A DNA stretch of 38,499 nucleotides, from UHGV virus genome UHGV-2201310, one strand, 5' to 3'. The translations under genes were made by a program, and so were the position numbers. The notes under the pieces were generated by a model. That model saw only the letters and a list, made by a program, of their open reading frames with translations, was not told the DNA's origin and made no database searches. Positions 18,648 through 30,718 of the stretch are shown piece by piece (position 1 is the stretch's first letter; the number at the start of each line of letters is the position of its first letter). The stretch comes from a virus.

Positions 18648-18945
18648 GCGTTTTAAGCACGGCCTTTCTGAAAGCACATCAAACCAAATACCAGACAGAC
18701 AAAAATAATCACCTTATCCGCTGTGGCTACGGTGCGGTGTGCTTTGCATAAAAGAAAACCAGCGCAATGGCTGGCTTCGTGAAAGCGGGTGGCATGAGGT
18801 TGCCCTAACAACCTCCTGCCGTTTTGCCCGTGCATATCGGTCACGAACAAATCTGATTACTAAACACAGTAGCCTGGATTTGTTCTATCAGTAATCGACC
18901 TTATTCCTAATTAAATAGAGCAAATCCCCTTATTGGGGGTAAGAC

Positions 18946-19269
18946 ATGAAGATGCCAGAAAAACATGACCTGTTAGCCGCCATTCTCGCGGCAAAGGAAC
19001 AAGGCATCGGGGCAATCCTTGCGTTTGCAATGGCGTACCTTCGCGGCAGATATAATGGCGGTGCGTTTACAAAAACAGTAATCGACGCAACGATGTGCGC
19101 CATTATCGCCTGGTTCATTCGTGACCTTCTCGACTTCGCCGGACTAAGTAGCAATCTCGCTTATATAACGAGCGTGTTCATCGGCTACATCGGTACTGAC
19201 TCGATTGGTTCGCTTATCAAACGCTTCGCTGCTAAAAAAGCCGGAGTAGAAGATGGTGGAAATCAATAA
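18946..19269 (+). CDS. S: holin S (dual-start MKM)
   Basis: 107 aa identical in pattern to lambda S incl. Met1-Lys2-Met3 dual start. Confidence 0.9.
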   Translation: MKMPEKHDLLAAILAAKEQGIGAILAFAMAYLRGRYNGGAFTKTVIDATMCAIIAWFIRDLLDFAGLSSNLAYITSVFIGYIGTDSIGSLIKRFAAKKAGVEDGGNQ

Positions 19270-19729
19270 TCAACGTAAGGCGTTCCTCGATATGCTGGCG
19301 TGGTCAGAGGGAACTGATAACGGACGACAGAAAACCAGAAATCATGGTTATGACGTCATTGTAGGTGGTGAGCTATTCACTGATTACTCCGATCACCCCC
19401 GCAAACTTGTCACGCTAAACCCCAAACTCAAATCAACAGCTGCCGGACGCTACCAGCTTCTTTCCCGTTGGTGGGATGCCTACCGTAAGCAGCTTGGCCT
19501 GAAAGACTTCTCTCCCAAAAGCCAGGACGCTGTTGCGCTGCAGCAGATTAAGGAGCGTGGCGCTTTGCCGATGATTGATCGCGGTGATATCCGTCAGGCA
19601 ATCGACCGTTGCAGCAATATCTGGGCTTCACTGCCTGGCGCTGGTTATGGTCAGTTCGAGCATAAGGCTGACAACCTGATTGCAAAATTCAAAGAAGCAG
19701 GCGGAGCGGTCAGAGAGATTGAGGTATGA
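19253..19729 (+). CDS. R: endolysin R (lytic transglycosylase)
   Basis: 158 aa, lambda R-like ([24 protein letters not shown]...). Confidence 0.9.
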   Translation: MVEINNQRKAFLDMLAWSEGTDNGRQKTRNHGYDVIVGGELFTDYSDHPRKLVTLNPKLKSTAAGRYQLLSRWWDAYRKQLGLKDFSPKSQDAVALQQIKERGALPMIDRGDIRQAIDRCSNIWASLPGAGYGQFEHKADNLIAKFKEAGGAVREIEV

Positions 19730-20163
19730 GCAGAGTAACCGCGATTATCTCCGCTCTGGTTATCTGCATCATCGTTTGCCTGTCATGGGCTGTTAATCAT
19801 TACCGTGATAACGCCATTACCTACAAAACCCAGCGCGATAAAGCCACGTACATCATCGCTGACATGCAGAAGCGTCAACGTGATGTAGCAGAACTCGACG
19901 CCAGATACACAAAGGAGCTTGCTGATGCTAACGCGACTATCGAAAGTCTCCGTGCTGATGTTTCTGCTGGTCGTAAGCGCCTGCAAGTCGCCGCCACCTG
20001 TGCAAAGTCAACGACCGGAGCCAGCAGCATGGGCGATGGAGAAAGCCCAGGACTTACAGCAGATGCTGAACTCAATTATTACCGTCTCCGAAGTGGGATC
20101 GACAGGATAACCGCGCAGGTTAACTACCTGCAGGAGTACATCAGGACGCAATGCCTTCGATGA
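19726..20163 (+). CDS. Rz: i-spanin Rz
   Basis: 145 aa; N-terminal TM + coiled coil, lambda Rz-like N-terminus. Confidence 0.85.
   Translation: MSRVTAIISALVICIIVCLSWAVNHYRDNAITYKTQRDKATYIIADMQKRQRDVAELDARYTKELADANATIESLRADVSAGRKRLQVAATCAKSTTGASSMGDGESPGLTADAELNYYRLRSGIDRITAQVNYLQEYIRTQCLR
19919..20110 (+). CDS. Rz1: o-spanin Rz1 (embedded lipoprotein)
   Basis: +1 frame ORF inside Rz with lipobox LVVSAC and Pro-rich mature region. Confidence 0.7.
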   Translation: MLMLTRLSKVSVLMFLLVVSACKSPPPVQSQRPEPAAWAMEKAQDLQQMLNSIITVSEVGSTG

Positions 20164-20338
20164 TAGCGATAATTTTACTCATCATCCTTCACATCTGGCT
20201 CTGTAGACAGGGTGGTGATCACTTCTGGAGTGAATCCAGATTAAACATCTCATTGCTGATGCTTGATATTGAGCATCTGGCGCGCAGTAAGGGGCTGCGT
20301 TGAGATAAGAGCCAGTCATCACAAACACCAGGATTTAG

Positions 20339-20361
20339 CCTCGCATTCGCGGGGTTTTTTA
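20339..20361 (+). terminator. rho-independent terminator after lysis cassette
   Basis: Hairpin CCTCGC-ATTC-GCGGGG followed by TTTTTT. Confidence 0.45.
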
Positions 20362-20384
20362 TTCCCAACTCCATAGGTAATTTT

Positions 20385-20864
20385 ATGACCCAGCATATTG
20401 GCGTAAAACTGATTAACGCCTTTCCGATGACGAGACAGGCATATAACGATTTTCGTGGCTGGCAGCTTCCTGCCGGAGAAAACGGCGAGGACGAAGGCTA
20501 TCTGGTTGAATATCTGGATGGCGGAAAACCTAACACCGATCGCTTTGATGGCTACGTTAGCTGGAGTCCAAAAGAAGTATTCGAAAAGGCTTATCGTCCG
20601 GTATCAGGACTAAGTTTCGGCCTTGCCATGGAAGCGTTAAAACAGGGCAAAAGTTTGCAGCGGGCAGGATGGAATGGGAAAGACCAGTTTGTTTATCTCG
20701 TGAAAGGGGAAAAATTAGCGTCTGCGTTGGGTTATGGCTTTGGCGAATATGTTGGCGAGCCAACTTTCAATGACACGCTTGTATTGAAAAACTCACAGAA
20801 CCGCCTTGCTACATGGGTTCCATCCATTGGCGACCTGATGGCTGAAGACTGGCAAATCATTTAA
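20385..20864 (+). CDS. hypothetical moron protein (C-terminal half possibly DUF2829-like)
   Basis: 159 aa cytoplasmic protein; C-terminal SFGLAMEALKQGKSLQRAGWNGK...W.P...DL.AEDW pattern recalls DUF2829-type small domains (unverified). Confidence 0.55.
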   Translation: MTQHIGVKLINAFPMTRQAYNDFRGWQLPAGENGEDEGYLVEYLDGGKPNTDRFDGYVSWSPKEVFEKAYRPVSGLSFGLAMEALKQGKSLQRAGWNGKDQFVYLVKGEKLASALGYGFGEYVGEPTFNDTLVLKNSQNRLATWVPSIGDLMAEDWQII

Positions 20865-21167
20865 CCATGTAGGCATTACAAAGCCTATCTACGGGTGGGC
20901 TTGATAATGAAACCGGAGTTAATTTCTGGTCACTAATTAACGGCAGTACAGCGAAACAACCCAAGCCAGTAAGTGGGGAAATAACACTGGCAGCCACTGA
21001 AAGATGAACCTCCTGCCTTATGGCAAAAAAGATTCTTTGTGGTGGCGGACTGATGGAAAGACATCGGTTATTGCAGAGACCATTCAATGAGTGGTCTCGA
21101 CAATGGCTTATACCCTACACGGGATAACTTAACTGATATCCCTTTTAACGGATAAACGGAGCCAACA

Positions 21168-21410
21168 ATGGCAGAGATTATTCCCATGACTGAAGAACAG
21201 AAATTCCAGTTAGAGATTTACAAACTGGTCATGAACCAGAACGCAGCCGCAGAAGAAGCATTTCAATTCATCGGCACTGACGAACTGAAGCTTGAGCTAT
21301 TCAAAATTCACTTCCAGTCAGGCGGCGCTAATTCAGATATCACGACCCGCACTATCGAAGCGGTGCGTAAATCGAAGGAAGCGTTAGACCTGTTCACTAC
21401 CGGAGCATAA
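21168..21410 (+). CDS. hypothetical protein upstream of terminase
   Basis: 80 aa ORF with ACGGAG RBS. Confidence 0.5.
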   Translation: MAEIIPMTEEQKFQLEIYKLVMNQNAAAEEAFQFIGTDELKLELFKIHFQSGGANSDITTRTIEAVRKSKEALDLFTTGA

Positions 21411-21412
21411 AC

Positions 21413-21850
21413 ATGGCGCGCCCAACAAAGTATCAAGAGGCGTACGCCGAACAGGCACGCAAACTGTGCTTGCTGGGCTACACCGATGCAGAGCTTGCTG
21501 ATTTCTTCGAAGTCAGTGAGTCAACTATTAACAAGTGGAAGCTTGATTATCCTGAGTTTTCGGAGTCCATAAAAAAGGGTAAGGCCGTCGCTGATGCAGA
21601 AGTTAGTGATCGTCTTTATCAACGCGCTATGGGCTTCGTGGCTCCAGACATCGATATTCGTGTTATTGAAAACAGAATTGTCGAAACTCCGCTTGAGAAG
21701 TATTACCCGCCTGATACAACCGCCGCCATCTTCTGGCTTAAGAACCGACAGAAGGATAAATGGCGCGACAAGCAAGAAGTTGAACACACCGGAGAGGTTA
21801 ACCTGATTCAGCGCATTCAGGAGGCCAGAAAACGCGCGAGAGGTGAGTAA
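21413..21850 (+). CDS. terminase small subunit
   Basis: 145 aa with N-terminal HTH-like segment, immediately upstream of and coupled to large terminase. Confidence 0.65.
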   Translation: MARPTKYQEAYAEQARKLCLLGYTDAELADFFEVSESTINKWKLDYPEFSESIKKGKAVADAEVSDRLYQRAMGFVAPDIDIRVIENRIVETPLEKYYPPDTTAAIFWLKNRQKDKWRDKQEVEHTGEVNLIQRIQEARKRARGE

Positions 21851-23310
21851 TGTCGTCAGAATTCGAGGCAATGCTTGCCGATGATATGGGGCGATTCTTT
21901 TACGATCCGCTTGGCTTCGTTATGTATGCGTTTGATTGGGGAACTGGTGAGCTTGAGGGCTTTGACGGGCCCGATGAATGGCAGAAAGAGTTTCTGACAG
22001 ATTGGGGAGACGCAATCAGGACTAATAACTTCGACGGTGTTAAACCTGTTGAAGCCTATCGTTGCGCTACCAGCTCTGGTCACGGTATCGGTAAAAGTGC
22101 TCTAACTGCCTGGGTCATTCTGTACATCCTCAGCACTCGTCCTTTCTGCAAGGGCGTCGTGACAGCCAATACCTCTGAACAGCTTCGCACCAAAACATGG
22201 GGCGAGCTGGGCAAGTGGAAGAAGCGGTGCATCACTGGTCACTGGTTTGAGTACAACAACGGCAAAGGCAACATGAACATCTACCATGTGGATCACATGG
22301 AATCATGGCGCTGTGACGGCCAGACGTGTCGGGAAGAGAACAGCGAGTCATTTGCTGGCCTGCATGCAGCTAACTCAAGCCCGTTCTACATCTTCGATGA
22401 AGCCTCAGCGGTTCCTGACAAAATTTGGGAAGTAGCAGAGGGCGGCCTTACTGACGGCGAGCCTTTCTGGTTTGCATTTGGGAACCCGACCCGTAACACC
22501 GGTCGATTCCGAGAGTGCTTCCGCAAGTTCAAACACCGATGGCGTCGACGTCAAATTGATAGCCGCCTGGCAAAGATGACCAACAAAGAGCTCATTGAAG
22601 AGTGGCGCAAGGATTACGGTGAAGACAGCGACTTCTTTAAAGTACGTGTTCGCGGTCTATTCCCATCGACATCAGAAGTCCAGTTCATACCTCAGGCATA
22701 TGTGGATGAGGCCATGTCTCGCACGCTTGAGCCCGGGTCTTACACATTCGCATCCAAAATAATCGGCGTTGACCCTGCTTACACAGGTAGTGATGAGGCA
22801 TCAATTTACCTTCGCCAGGGTCTTCATGCGCGCCTGCTTGGCACCTACCCGAAAACAGATGACGACGTTAAGTTCGCGCAAATCGTCGCAGGATTTGAGG
22901 ATGAGCATAAGGCAGATGCAGTGTTCATAGACTTCGGGTATGGCACCGGAATTCACTCAATAGGTAGGTCGTGGGGAAGGAAGTGGCAGCTGGTTAACTT
23001 TGGGGGTGAATCCAAAGACCCCGGCATGCTGAACAAGCGCGGTGAGATGTGGAACTCAATGAAGTCATGGCTCAAAGAAGGGGGAAGTATCGATGATCAG
23101 CAAACAGCTGACGAAATCGTTGCTCCTGAGTACAGGGTTAAGCTCGATGGGCGCATCGTCCTTGAGGCCAAAGAGGACATGAAGCGCCGTGGGGTTCCTT
23201 CACCAAACCGCGCTGATGCGTTAGCCCTGACGTTTGCATTCCCGGTAGTCAAAAACAAACCAACTAAGCCATTACCGGCTCCAATTCGTCCAATTTCCAG
23301 AGGTAGATAA
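21850..23310 (+). CDS. terminase large subunit
   Basis: 486 aa; Walker A-like SSGHGIGKS, nuclease-domain acidic residues; position before portal. Confidence 0.85.
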   Translation: MSSEFEAMLADDMGRFFYDPLGFVMYAFDWGTGELEGFDGPDEWQKEFLTDWGDAIRTNNFDGVKPVEAYRCATSSGHGIGKSALTAWVILYILSTRPFCKGVVTANTSEQLRTKTWGELGKWKKRCITGHWFEYNNGKGNMNIYHVDHMESWRCDGQTCREENSESFAGLHAANSSPFYIFDEASAVPDKIWEVAEGGLTDGEPFWFAFGNPTRNTGRFRECFRKFKHRWRRRQIDSRLAKMTNKELIEEWRKDYGEDSDFFKVRVRGLFPSTSEVQFIPQAYVDEAMSRTLEPGSYTFASKIIGVDPAYTGSDEASIYLRQGLHARLLGTYPKTDDDVKFAQIVAGFEDEHKADAVFIDFGYGTGIHSIGRSWGRKWQLVNFGGESKDPGMLNKRGEMWNSMKSWLKEGGSIDDQQTADEIVAPEYRVKLDGRIVLEAKEDMKRRGVPSPNRADALALTFAFPVVKNKPTKPLPAPIRPISRGR

Positions 23311-25478
23311 TGGCCGACCAAGACGACAAATTGCGAACCATTCTCCTTCGGTTTGACAGGGATTGGGCAGCAAGCGATGAGGCCAGAACCGAGGCGACAA
23401 ATGACCTGTATTTTAGCCGAGTGTCGCAATGGGATGACTGGCTATCAAACTACACCACCCTGCAATATCGCGGACAATTCGATGTTGTCCGCCCGGTGGT
23501 CAGGAAGCTGGTCGCAGAGATGCGCCGGAACCCTATCGACGTTCTCTTCCGACCAAAAGACGGTGCTAATCCTGATGCAGCCGATGTGTTGATGGGGATG
23601 TATCGTACTGATATGCGCCATAACACGGCAAAAATTGCCGTTAACGTTGGCGTTCGTGAGCAGATAGAGTCCGGCGTTGGTGCATGGCGTCTGGTCACGC
23701 AGTACGAAGACAACGATCCAACAAGCAACAATCAGGTAATTCGACGCCTGCCAATTCATGAAGCCTGCTCACACGTCATATGGGACGCCAACAGCAAGCA
23801 GATGGATAAGAGCGACGCTAAGCACTGCACGGTGATTAACGCCTTGTCGCGCAATGGCTGGAAAGAGTTCGCAGAGGATTACGGTATTGATCCGGACACC
23901 TTGCCATCTTTCCAGAATCCGAACGATACATGGCTGTTTCCGTGGGTATCGAATGATGTCGTCTACGTCGCTGAGTATTACGAGGTCGAAGAGAAGAAAG
24001 AGAAAGTCTTCATCTACCGCGACCCGCTGACAGGTGAGCCAGTTAGCTATTACCAGCAGGATATCAAAGACGTCATCGACGACCTGGCTAATCGTGGATT
24101 CATTAAGGTAGCAGAGCGTAAGGTGAAGCGTCGGCGTGTGTATAAGTCGATCATCACCTGCACGCAGATACTGAAAGACCGCGAGAAGATAGCCGGAGAG
24201 CATATTCCAATCGTTCCAGTGTATGGCGAATGGTCATTCGCTGGTGACAAGGAGTGCTACGAAGGAGTGGTAAGGCTGACGAAAGACGGTCAACGCCTTC
24301 GTAACATGATCATGTCATTCAACGCCGATATTGTTGCTCGTTCACCGAAGAAGAAACCGACCTTCTTCCCTGAGCAAATCGAAGGCTACGAATACATGTA
24401 CGGTGGAAATGATGACTATCCGTACTATCTGCAGAACAGGACCGATGAAAACGGTAACGACCTGCCGATTGGTCCAATCTCCTACATGGAAAACCCTGAA
24501 GTGCCGCAAGCCAACGCTTACATGCTTGAGGCTGCCACCAACGCAGTGAAAGAAGTGGCTAGTCTTGGTGTGGATGCGCAGGCAGCAAACTCTCAGGTCG
24601 CTTTCGATACCGTCAATCAACTGAACATGCGGGCAGACCTTGAGACATACGTGTTTCAGGATAACCTGGCTACCGCAATGCGACGTGATGGCGAGATTTA
24701 TGCCTCAATGGTCAACGATATTTATGACGTTCCTCGCCATGTAACGCTGACACTTGAAGATGGTAGCGAGAAAGACGTTCAACTCTACGCGCAAGTTGTC
24801 GATTACCAGTCCGGCAATGTGGTCACACTCAACGACATTCGCGGTCGCTATGAGTGCTATACAGACGTTGGACCATCCTTCCAGAGTATGAAGGAACAGA
24901 ACCGCGCAGAGATTCAGGAGTTGCTCACCAAGGTTCCGCAAGGTACTCCAGAGTTCCAGATGCTGATGCTGCAATACTTCACGCTGCTTGACGGTAAAGG
25001 CGTCGAGATGATGCGAGAGTACGCGAACAAGCAACTGGTGATGATGGGGCTGAAGAAACCAGAAACACCTGAAGAGATGGAGATGGTGCAGCAGGCACAA
25101 CAACAGCCGCAGCAGCCATCAGCAGAGCAAATTCAGGCGCAGGGTATCCTTCTGCAAGGTCAGGCTGAATTGCTCAAGGCAGAGAACCAACAGGCGCAGA
25201 TTCAGGTTGAAGCCGCCAAGGTTGAAGCCCAAAACCAACTCAACGTCGCGAAGATTGCAGAAATCTTCAACAATATGGACCTCGACAAGCAGGCAGAACT
25301 GCGTGAGTACCTCAAGCTCGTAGGTCAATTCCAGCAACAGCGCAGCAAAGATGCTCGTGCTAACGCTGAGCTGCTTCTTAAAGATGCAGACCAGACTCAT
25401 TCACAACGCATGGATTTCGCGAATCTTATGCGTCAAGTTCAAATCCCCTCCGGCGGAGTAGCCGAGACACCTCAATAA
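23310..25478 (+). CDS. portal protein (P22 gp1-like)
   Basis: 722 aa, high similarity to P22 portal along its length from memory, incl. Gln/Ala-rich C-terminal barrel region. Confidence 0.9.
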   Translation: MADQDDKLRTILLRFDRDWAASDEARTEATNDLYFSRVSQWDDWLSNYTTLQYRGQFDVVRPVVRKLVAEMRRNPIDVLFRPKDGANPDAADVLMGMYRTDMRHNTAKIAVNVGVREQIESGVGAWRLVTQYEDNDPTSNNQVIRRLPIHEACSHVIWDANSKQMDKSDAKHCTVINALSRNGWKEFAEDYGIDPDTLPSFQNPNDTWLFPWVSNDVVYVAEYYEVEEKKEKVFIYRDPLTGEPVSYYQQDIKDVIDDLANRGFIKVAERKVKRRRVYKSIITCTQILKDREKIAGEHIPIVPVYGEWSFAGDKECYEGVVRLTKDGQRLRNMIMSFNADIVARSPKKKPTFFPEQIEGYEYMYGGNDDYPYYLQNRTDENGNDLPIGPISYMENPEVPQANAYMLEAATNAVKEVASLGVDAQAANSQVAFDTVNQLNMRADLETYVFQDNLATAMRRDGEIYASMVNDIYDVPRHVTLTLEDGSEKDVQLYAQVVDYQSGNVVTLNDIRGRYECYTDVGPSFQSMKEQNRAEIQELLTKVPQGTPEFQMLMLQYFTLLDGKGVEMMREYANKQLVMMGLKKPETPEEMEMVQQAQQQPQQPSAEQIQAQGILLQGQAELLKAENQQAQIQVEAAKVEAQNQLNVAKIAEIFNNMDLDKQAELREYLKLVGQFQQQRSKDARANAELLLKDADQTHSQRMDFANLMRQVQIPSGGVAETPQ

Positions 25479-25491
25479 GAGAGAGTTAACC

Positions 25492-26403
25492 ATGGACCAA
25501 ACCACCGACATTCAGGCTTCTGAAGAATTAACCCTGCCCGGCAATCATGCAGCGGCATCTGCTGATGGCTTAGTTGTCGATAATGCCAACGACAGCGCAG
25601 GTCAGGAAGAAGGCTTTGAGATTGTCCTGAAAGACGATGAGAAACCAAAACAAGACCCGGCAACTAATGCTGAATTTGCCCGTCGCCGCATCGAACGCAA
25701 ACGCCAGCGTGAGCTTGAGCAGCAGATGGAAGCGGTTAAGCGTGGAGAGTTGCCGGAGCACCTGCGGGTGAACCCTGAGTTACCAAAACAACCAGACCCT
25801 AACGATTATCTTTCCGAAGATGCACTGGCTAAGTACGACTATGACCAGAGCCGCGCACTGGCTGCCTTCCAGCAGGCAAACAGTGAATGGCAGATCAAGG
25901 CTATGGACGCACGAAGCCAGGCTGTCGCCGAGCAGGGTCGCAAAACTCAGGAGTTCACCCAGCAATCAGCGCAATACGTCGAGGCAGCCCGTAAGCACTA
26001 CGACGCAGCGGAAAAGCTCAATATCCCTGACTATCAGGAGAAAGAGGATGCATTCATGCAACTGGTGCCGCCAGCAGTCGGTGCCGACATCATGCGCCTC
26101 TTCCCGGAGAAATCCGCTGCTCTCATGTATCACCTTGGTGCTAATCCTGAGAAAACACGCCAGTTGCTGGCGATGGACGGGCAATCCGCGCTGATTGAAC
26201 TCACTCGACTGTCAGAACGTTTAACTCTCAAGCCTCGAGCCAAACCTGTTTCAGAAGCCCCGCTACCTGATGAACCCATTCAGGGACACGCTGTTGCTGC
26301 AAATATATCTGCGATTGAAAAGCAGATGGAAGCGGCAGCAAACAAAGGGGATGTAGAGACATACCGCAAGCTCAAGGCGCAACTGAATAAAGGAATTCGA
26401 TAA
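25492..26403 (+). CDS. scaffolding protein (P22 gp8-like)
   Basis: 303 aa, acidic/helical, position between portal and coat. Confidence 0.8.
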   Translation: MDQTTDIQASEELTLPGNHAAASADGLVVDNANDSAGQEEGFEIVLKDDEKPKQDPATNAEFARRRIERKRQRELEQQMEAVKRGELPEHLRVNPELPKQPDPNDYLSEDALAKYDYDQSRALAAFQQANSEWQIKAMDARSQAVAEQGRKTQEFTQQSAQYVEAARKHYDAAEKLNIPDYQEKEDAFMQLVPPAVGADIMRLFPEKSAALMYHLGANPEKTRQLLAMDGQSALIELTRLSERLTLKPRAKPVSEAPLPDEPIQGHAVAANISAIEKQMEAAANKGDVETYRKLKAQLNKGIR

Positions 26404-27698
26404 TGGCATTAAATGAAGGTCAACTGGTCACGTATGCTCTGGATGAAATCATCGAAACCGTCCAGAACCTGACGCCAATGGCGTCCAAAGTGACAAAATA
26501 CACCCCTCCGGCAGAATCCATGCAGCGTTCAAGCAACACCGTGTGGATGCCTGTTGAGCAGGAAGCGCCAACCCAGACTGGCTGGGATTTAACTGGCAAT
26601 GCAACCGGGATTCTGGAACTCTCCGTGAAATGCAACATGGGCGATCCGGATAACGATTTCTTCGAGCTTCGTGCAGATGACCTGCGTGATGAGCGTTCTT
26701 ACCGTCGCCGCATCCAGGCATCTGCCAAAAAACTGGCGAATAACATTGAGTCAGCGATTGCCAAACAGGCAACTGAAATGGGCTCACTTGTTGTTCACGA
26801 TACCCGCGCAATTGGTCCATCTACTGGCCTGTCTGGCTGGGATTTTGTGTCTGATGCAGAGCGCCTGATGTTCTCCCGCGAACTCAACCGCGACATGGGC
26901 ATCAGTTACTTCCTGAACCCTGACGATTACCGCAAAGCAGGCCGCAACCTGGTAGATGGTGACATCTTTGGGCGCGTTCCTGAAGAAGCTTATCGCAACG
27001 GTACTATTCAGCGTCAGATTGCTGGCTTTGATGAAATTCTTCGCTCACCGAAACTTCCTGCAGTTACCAAGTCAACCGCTACTGGTGTAACTGTTTCTGG
27101 TGCGCAGAAGTTTAAGCCGCAGGCGTACACCCTTGATACCGATGGTAACAAAGAGAACGTCGACAACCGTGTTGCAACGGTGACCGTATCCTCCACCACC
27201 GGATTTAAGCGCGGCGACAAAATCAGTTTCACTGGTGTGAAATTCCTGTCTCAGATGGCGAAGAACGTGCTGACTGATGATGCTACTTTCTCAATCACCC
27301 GTGTGATCGATGGTACTCACATCGAAATCACGCCGAAACCGATTGCACTGGATGACTCGTCACTGACAAAAGAAGAGAAGGCTTACGCTAACGTAAACAC
27401 CTCTCTTGCTGATACCACTCCGGTAAACGTTCTGAACGTGGCAACAACCACCGCTAACGTGTTCTGGGCTGATGACTCAATCCGCCTACTGTCTCAGCCG
27501 ATCCCGGTAACCCATGAACTGTTTGCTGGCATGAAAACGTCTTCCTTCAGCATTCCTGGTATTGGTGTTAACGGCATCTTCGCAACGCAGGGTGATATCA
27601 ACACTCTGTCTGGTAAGTGCCGTATTGCTGTGTGGTATTCAGCATGTGCTGTACGACCAGAGGCAATTGGTGTTGGTCTGCCTAACCAGACTGAGTGA
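26403..27698 (+). CDS. major capsid (coat) protein (P22 gp5-like)
   Basis: 431 aa, same length class as P22 coat, position and strong terminator downstream. Confidence 0.85.
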   Translation: MALNEGQLVTYALDEIIETVQNLTPMASKVTKYTPPAESMQRSSNTVWMPVEQEAPTQTGWDLTGNATGILELSVKCNMGDPDNDFFELRADDLRDERSYRRRIQASAKKLANNIESAIAKQATEMGSLVVHDTRAIGPSTGLSGWDFVSDAERLMFSRELNRDMGISYFLNPDDYRKAGRNLVDGDIFGRVPEEAYRNGTIQRQIAGFDEILRSPKLPAVTKSTATGVTVSGAQKFKPQAYTLDTDGNKENVDNRVATVTVSSTTGFKRGDKISFTGVKFLSQMAKNVLTDDATFSITRVIDGTHIEITPKPIALDDSSLTKEEKAYANVNTSLADTTPVNVLNVATTTANVFWADDSIRLLSQPIPVTHELFAGMKTSSFSIPGIGVNGIFATQGDINTLSGKCRIAVWYSACAVRPEAIGVGLPNQTE

Positions 27699-27704
27699 TA
27701 ACCA

Positions 27705-27730
27705 GAGGGAGCTTCGGCTCCCTTTTTTAT
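27705..27730 (+). terminator. rho-independent terminator after coat gene
   Basis: Hairpin GGGAGC-TTCG-GCTCCC followed by TTTTTT. Confidence 0.6.
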
Positions 27731-27742
27731 CTGGAGACAAGC

Positions 27743-27973
27743 ATGACACACATGATCTTTCGTCATGGAGACATGAAGAAATGGAAAGGCGTTGGATACG
27801 ACTTTGAAATCGTGAAAGCCGAAGAGATTCAGGAATATCTGGATGCTGGTTGGTTTGCACATCCCGATGACCTTCTGAAGGACGTTGCAGAGCCAGAGCC
27901 AGAAGAAAAACAGCGTAAAAAGCCTGGTCGAAAACCTAAGGCGGCAGCAGATGAACCTGACAACGAAGGGTGA
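27743..27973 (+). CDS. hypothetical small protein
   Basis: 76 aa with GGAG RBS right after terminator; Lys/Pro-rich tail. Confidence 0.45.
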   Translation: MTHMIFRHGDMKKWKGVGYDFEIVKAEEIQEYLDAGWFAHPDDLLKDVAEPEPEEKQRKKPGRKPKAAADEPDNEG

Positions 27974-28451
27974 TTTAGTTCTTGCGGCATTACGTAAGCT
28001 CGGTGTGGCATCAAATGCCACGTTAACCGATGTCGAACCGCAGTCTATGGAAGACGGCGTCAACGACCTTGAAATGATGATGGCTGAATGGCTTGGCGGT
28101 GATGTGTCACCTGGTATCAACGTTGGCTACATTTTCGCTGATGCAGATGTCGCTCCAGATCCGGGCGATGAGCACGGTTTATCAAATAACGCTATCAATG
28201 CTGTCATTTTCAACCTTGCCTGCCGCATTGCACCGGATTATGCGCTGGAAGCGTCAGCAAAACTTATAACCACTGCCAGATACGGGAAAGAGAGACTCGT
28301 CAAACTGTCTGCAATGTACAGAGCAAAAGCAGCTAAATGTAAGTCCGGTTATCCAAACCGTATGCCTGTTGGTAGCGGTAATCAGTTGGCGAAGTGGAAC
28401 GGTTGGAATTACTTCCACCGGAAGGAACCTTGCGATAACGGGAGCGAATAA
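27951..28451 (+). CDS. head completion/tail accessory protein (P22 gp4-like)
   Basis: 166 aa, gene order position of P22 gene 4. Confidence 0.65.
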   Translation: MNLTTKGDLVLAALRKLGVASNATLTDVEPQSMEDGVNDLEMMMAEWLGGDVSPGINVGYIFADADVAPDPGDEHGLSNNAINAVIFNLACRIAPDYALEASAKLITTARYGKERLVKLSAMYRAKAAKCKSGYPNRMPVGSGNQLAKWNGWNYFHRKEPCDNGSE

Positions 28452-29870
28452 ATGCCGGTTCAGCAACTTCCGCTTATGAAAGGTGTCGGCAAAGACTTTA
28501 GAAACGCCGACTATATCGACTATCTGCCAGTGAATATGTTGGCTACACCCAAAGAAATACTCAACAGCAGCGGATATCTTCGCTCATTCCCGGGCATTGC
28601 CAAACGTTCTGATGTGAATGGTGTATCTCGCGGTGTAGAGTACAACATGGCGCAGAGTGCTGTTTATCGCGTGTGTGGTGGGAAGCTCTACAAAGGCGAA
28701 AGCGAAGTCGGTGACGTCGCTGGAAGTGGTCGCGTATCAATGGCGCATGGTCGGACATCTCAGGCTGTAGGCGTTAATGGTCAACTGGTCGAGTATCGCT
28801 ATGATGGCACGGTTAAAACCGTCTCAAACTGGCCTACAGACAGCGGATTCACACAGTATGAGTTAGGCTCAGTCCGCGATATTACGCGCTTACGTGGGCG
28901 TTATGCGTGGTCAAAAGACGGAACTGATTCATGGTTTATCACTGACCTTGAAGACGAATCGCATCCTGACCGTTACAGCGCACAATATCGCGCAGAATCG
29001 CAGCCGGACGGTATCATCGGCATCGGAACATGGCGAGACTTCATCGTCTGCTTTGGTTCATCGACGATTGAATATTTCTCCCTGACTGGTGCAACCACTG
29101 TTGGTGCCGCTTTGTATGTCGCACAACCATCGCTGATGGTGCAGAAAGGCATCGCCGGAACTTACTGCAAAACGCCGTTTGCTGATTCGTATGCGTTCAT
29201 CAGCAATCCGGCAACAGGTGCGCCGTCTGTGTACATCATCGGCTCCGGTCAGGTGTCACCAATCGCCAGTGCGAGCATTGAGAAAATCCTCCGCTCCTAC
29301 ACTGCTGATGAACTGGCTGATGCCGTAATGGAGTCTCTGCGATTTGATGCGCATGAGCTGCTGATTATCCATCTTCCGCGCCATGTCCTCGTATACGACG
29401 CATCTTCAAGCGCCAATGCTCCGCAATGGTGTGTGTTGAAAACAGGCCTGTATGACGATGTGTACCGCGCTATCGACTTCATTTACGAAGGCAATCAGAT
29501 AACGTGCGGCGATAAGCTGGAATCGGTGACCGGGAAATTGCAGTTCGACATCAGCAGCCAGTACGACAAGCAACAGGAACACCTTCTGTTTACTCCGTTG
29601 TTCAAAGCAGATAACGCCAGATGCTTTGATCTGGAGGTGGAATCATCGACGGGTGTTGCGCAGTACGCTGACCGCCTGTTTCTGTCTGCAACCACTGATG
29701 GCATCAATTGGGGTCGTGAGCAGATGATTGAGCAGAATGAACCGTTCGTTTACGACAAACGCGTTTTGTGGAAAAAAGTAGGGCGCATCAGGAAAAACAT
29801 TGGCTTCAAATTGCGCGTTATCACTAAGTCACCTGTCACTCTTTCAGGCTGCCAGATAAGGATCGAGTAA
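28452..29870 (+). CDS. tail hub protein (P22 gp10-like)
   Basis: 472 aa, same size and position as P22 gp10. Confidence 0.8.
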   Translation: MPVQQLPLMKGVGKDFRNADYIDYLPVNMLATPKEILNSSGYLRSFPGIAKRSDVNGVSRGVEYNMAQSAVYRVCGGKLYKGESEVGDVAGSGRVSMAHGRTSQAVGVNGQLVEYRYDGTVKTVSNWPTDSGFTQYELGSVRDITRLRGRYAWSKDGTDSWFITDLEDESHPDRYSAQYRAESQPDGIIGIGTWRDFIVCFGSSTIEYFSLTGATTVGAALYVAQPSLMVQKGIAGTYCKTPFADSYAFISNPATGAPSVYIIGSGQVSPIASASIEKILRSYTADELADAVMESLRFDAHELLIIHLPRHVLVYDASSSANAPQWCVLKTGLYDDVYRAIDFIYEGNQITCGDKLESVTGKLQFDISSQYDKQQEHLLFTPLFKADNARCFDLEVESSTGVAQYADRLFLSATTDGINWGREQMIEQNEPFVYDKRVLWKKVGRIRKNIGFKLRVITKSPVTLSGCQIRIE

Positions 29871-30718
29871 TGGCTGATTCGAATCTCAATGAGCCGGTAA
29901 TCATCCAGGCTGCGCGGCTCGACACATCAGTTCTTCCACGCAATATCTTCTCGCAGTCGTATCTGCTTTACGTTATTGCACAGGGCACTGATGTTGGTAA
30001 CGTGGCTAACAAGGCCAACGAGGCCGGACAGGGCGCTTATGACGCACAAGTCAGGAACGATGAGCAGGATGTGATTCTGGTCGATCACGAAATTCGACTG
30101 GCATTGGCTGAAGCGAAGATACAGGACCACGAAACAAGGATCACTAACGCAGAAGCGGCGATAGTCGGCCTTGATTCGCGATTAACGACAGCAGAAAACG
30201 ATATTGATTATCTGACTGATGAAGTTGTCGCCATTCAAAACACGCTTTCAGACCATGAAACGCGCATTGATGCTCTGGAGTATGCCACTACTCGCAAAAA
30301 GTCAGAGGTTGTTTACTCTGGCGTATCTGTAACCATTCCGACAGCGCCGACCAACCTTGTTAGCCTGCTGAAAACGCTCACGCCGTCATCCGGCGCGTTG
30401 GCACCATTCTTCGACACCGTTAACAACAAGATGGTTGTGTTCAACGAGAACAAAACCTTGTTCTTCAAGCTTTCGATAGTAGGGTCGTGGCCCAGCGGAA
30501 CCGCCAACAGGTCAATGCAGCTAACCTTTTCCGGCTCTGTTCCTGACACGTTGGTCAGCAGTCGTAATGCGGCGACAACAACCGACAACATCCTGTTAGC
30601 TACGTTCTTCAGCGTGGATAAAGACGGCTTTCTTGCCACAAATGGCAGTACGTTAACCATTCAGTCAAATGGGGCGGCGTTTACTGCCACAACCATCAAG
30701 ATAATCGCGGAGCAGTAA
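29870..30718 (+). CDS. tail needle (gp26-like) with C-terminal knob domain
   Basis: 282 aa; N-terminal heptad coiled-coil, longer than P22 gp26, C-terminal beta-rich extension. Confidence 0.75.
   Translation: MADSNLNEPVIIQAARLDTSVLPRNIFSQSYLLYVIAQGTDVGNVANKANEAGQGAYDAQVRNDEQDVILVDHEIRLALAEAKIQDHETRITNAEAAIVGLDSRLTTAENDIDYLTDEVVAIQNTLSDHETRIDALEYATTRKKSEVVYSGVSVTIPTAPTNLVSLLKTLTPSSGALAPFFDTVNNKMVVFNENKTLFFKLSIVGSWPSGTANRSMQLTFSGSVPDTLVSSRNAATTTDNILLATFFSVDKDGFLATNGSTLTIQSNGAAFTATTIKIIAEQ

Noticed and set aside
18653-18850. 65-aa minus-strand ORF between tR' and S
   Set aside because: Sits in the late leader with no RBS and no resemblance to a known protein; more likely non-coding.
20857-21087. 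76-aa minus-strand ORF in the ORF-free structured region
   Set aside because: No RBS, low-complexity Pro/Ser-rich translation; the region is better explained as non-coding.
20865-21167. Possible tRNA or retron-type ncRNA in the ORF-free region
   Set aside because: No cloverleaf with conserved T-loop/D-loop elements and no reverse transcriptase nearby; kept only as an unexplained structured region.
23769-25103. Several minus-strand ORFs of 130-145 aa
   Set aside because: All are embedded antisense in the portal gene, whose identity is secure.
27494-28120. 208-aa minus-strand ORF
   Set aside because: Antisense to the coat/gp4 genes in a tightly packed late operon; no start context.
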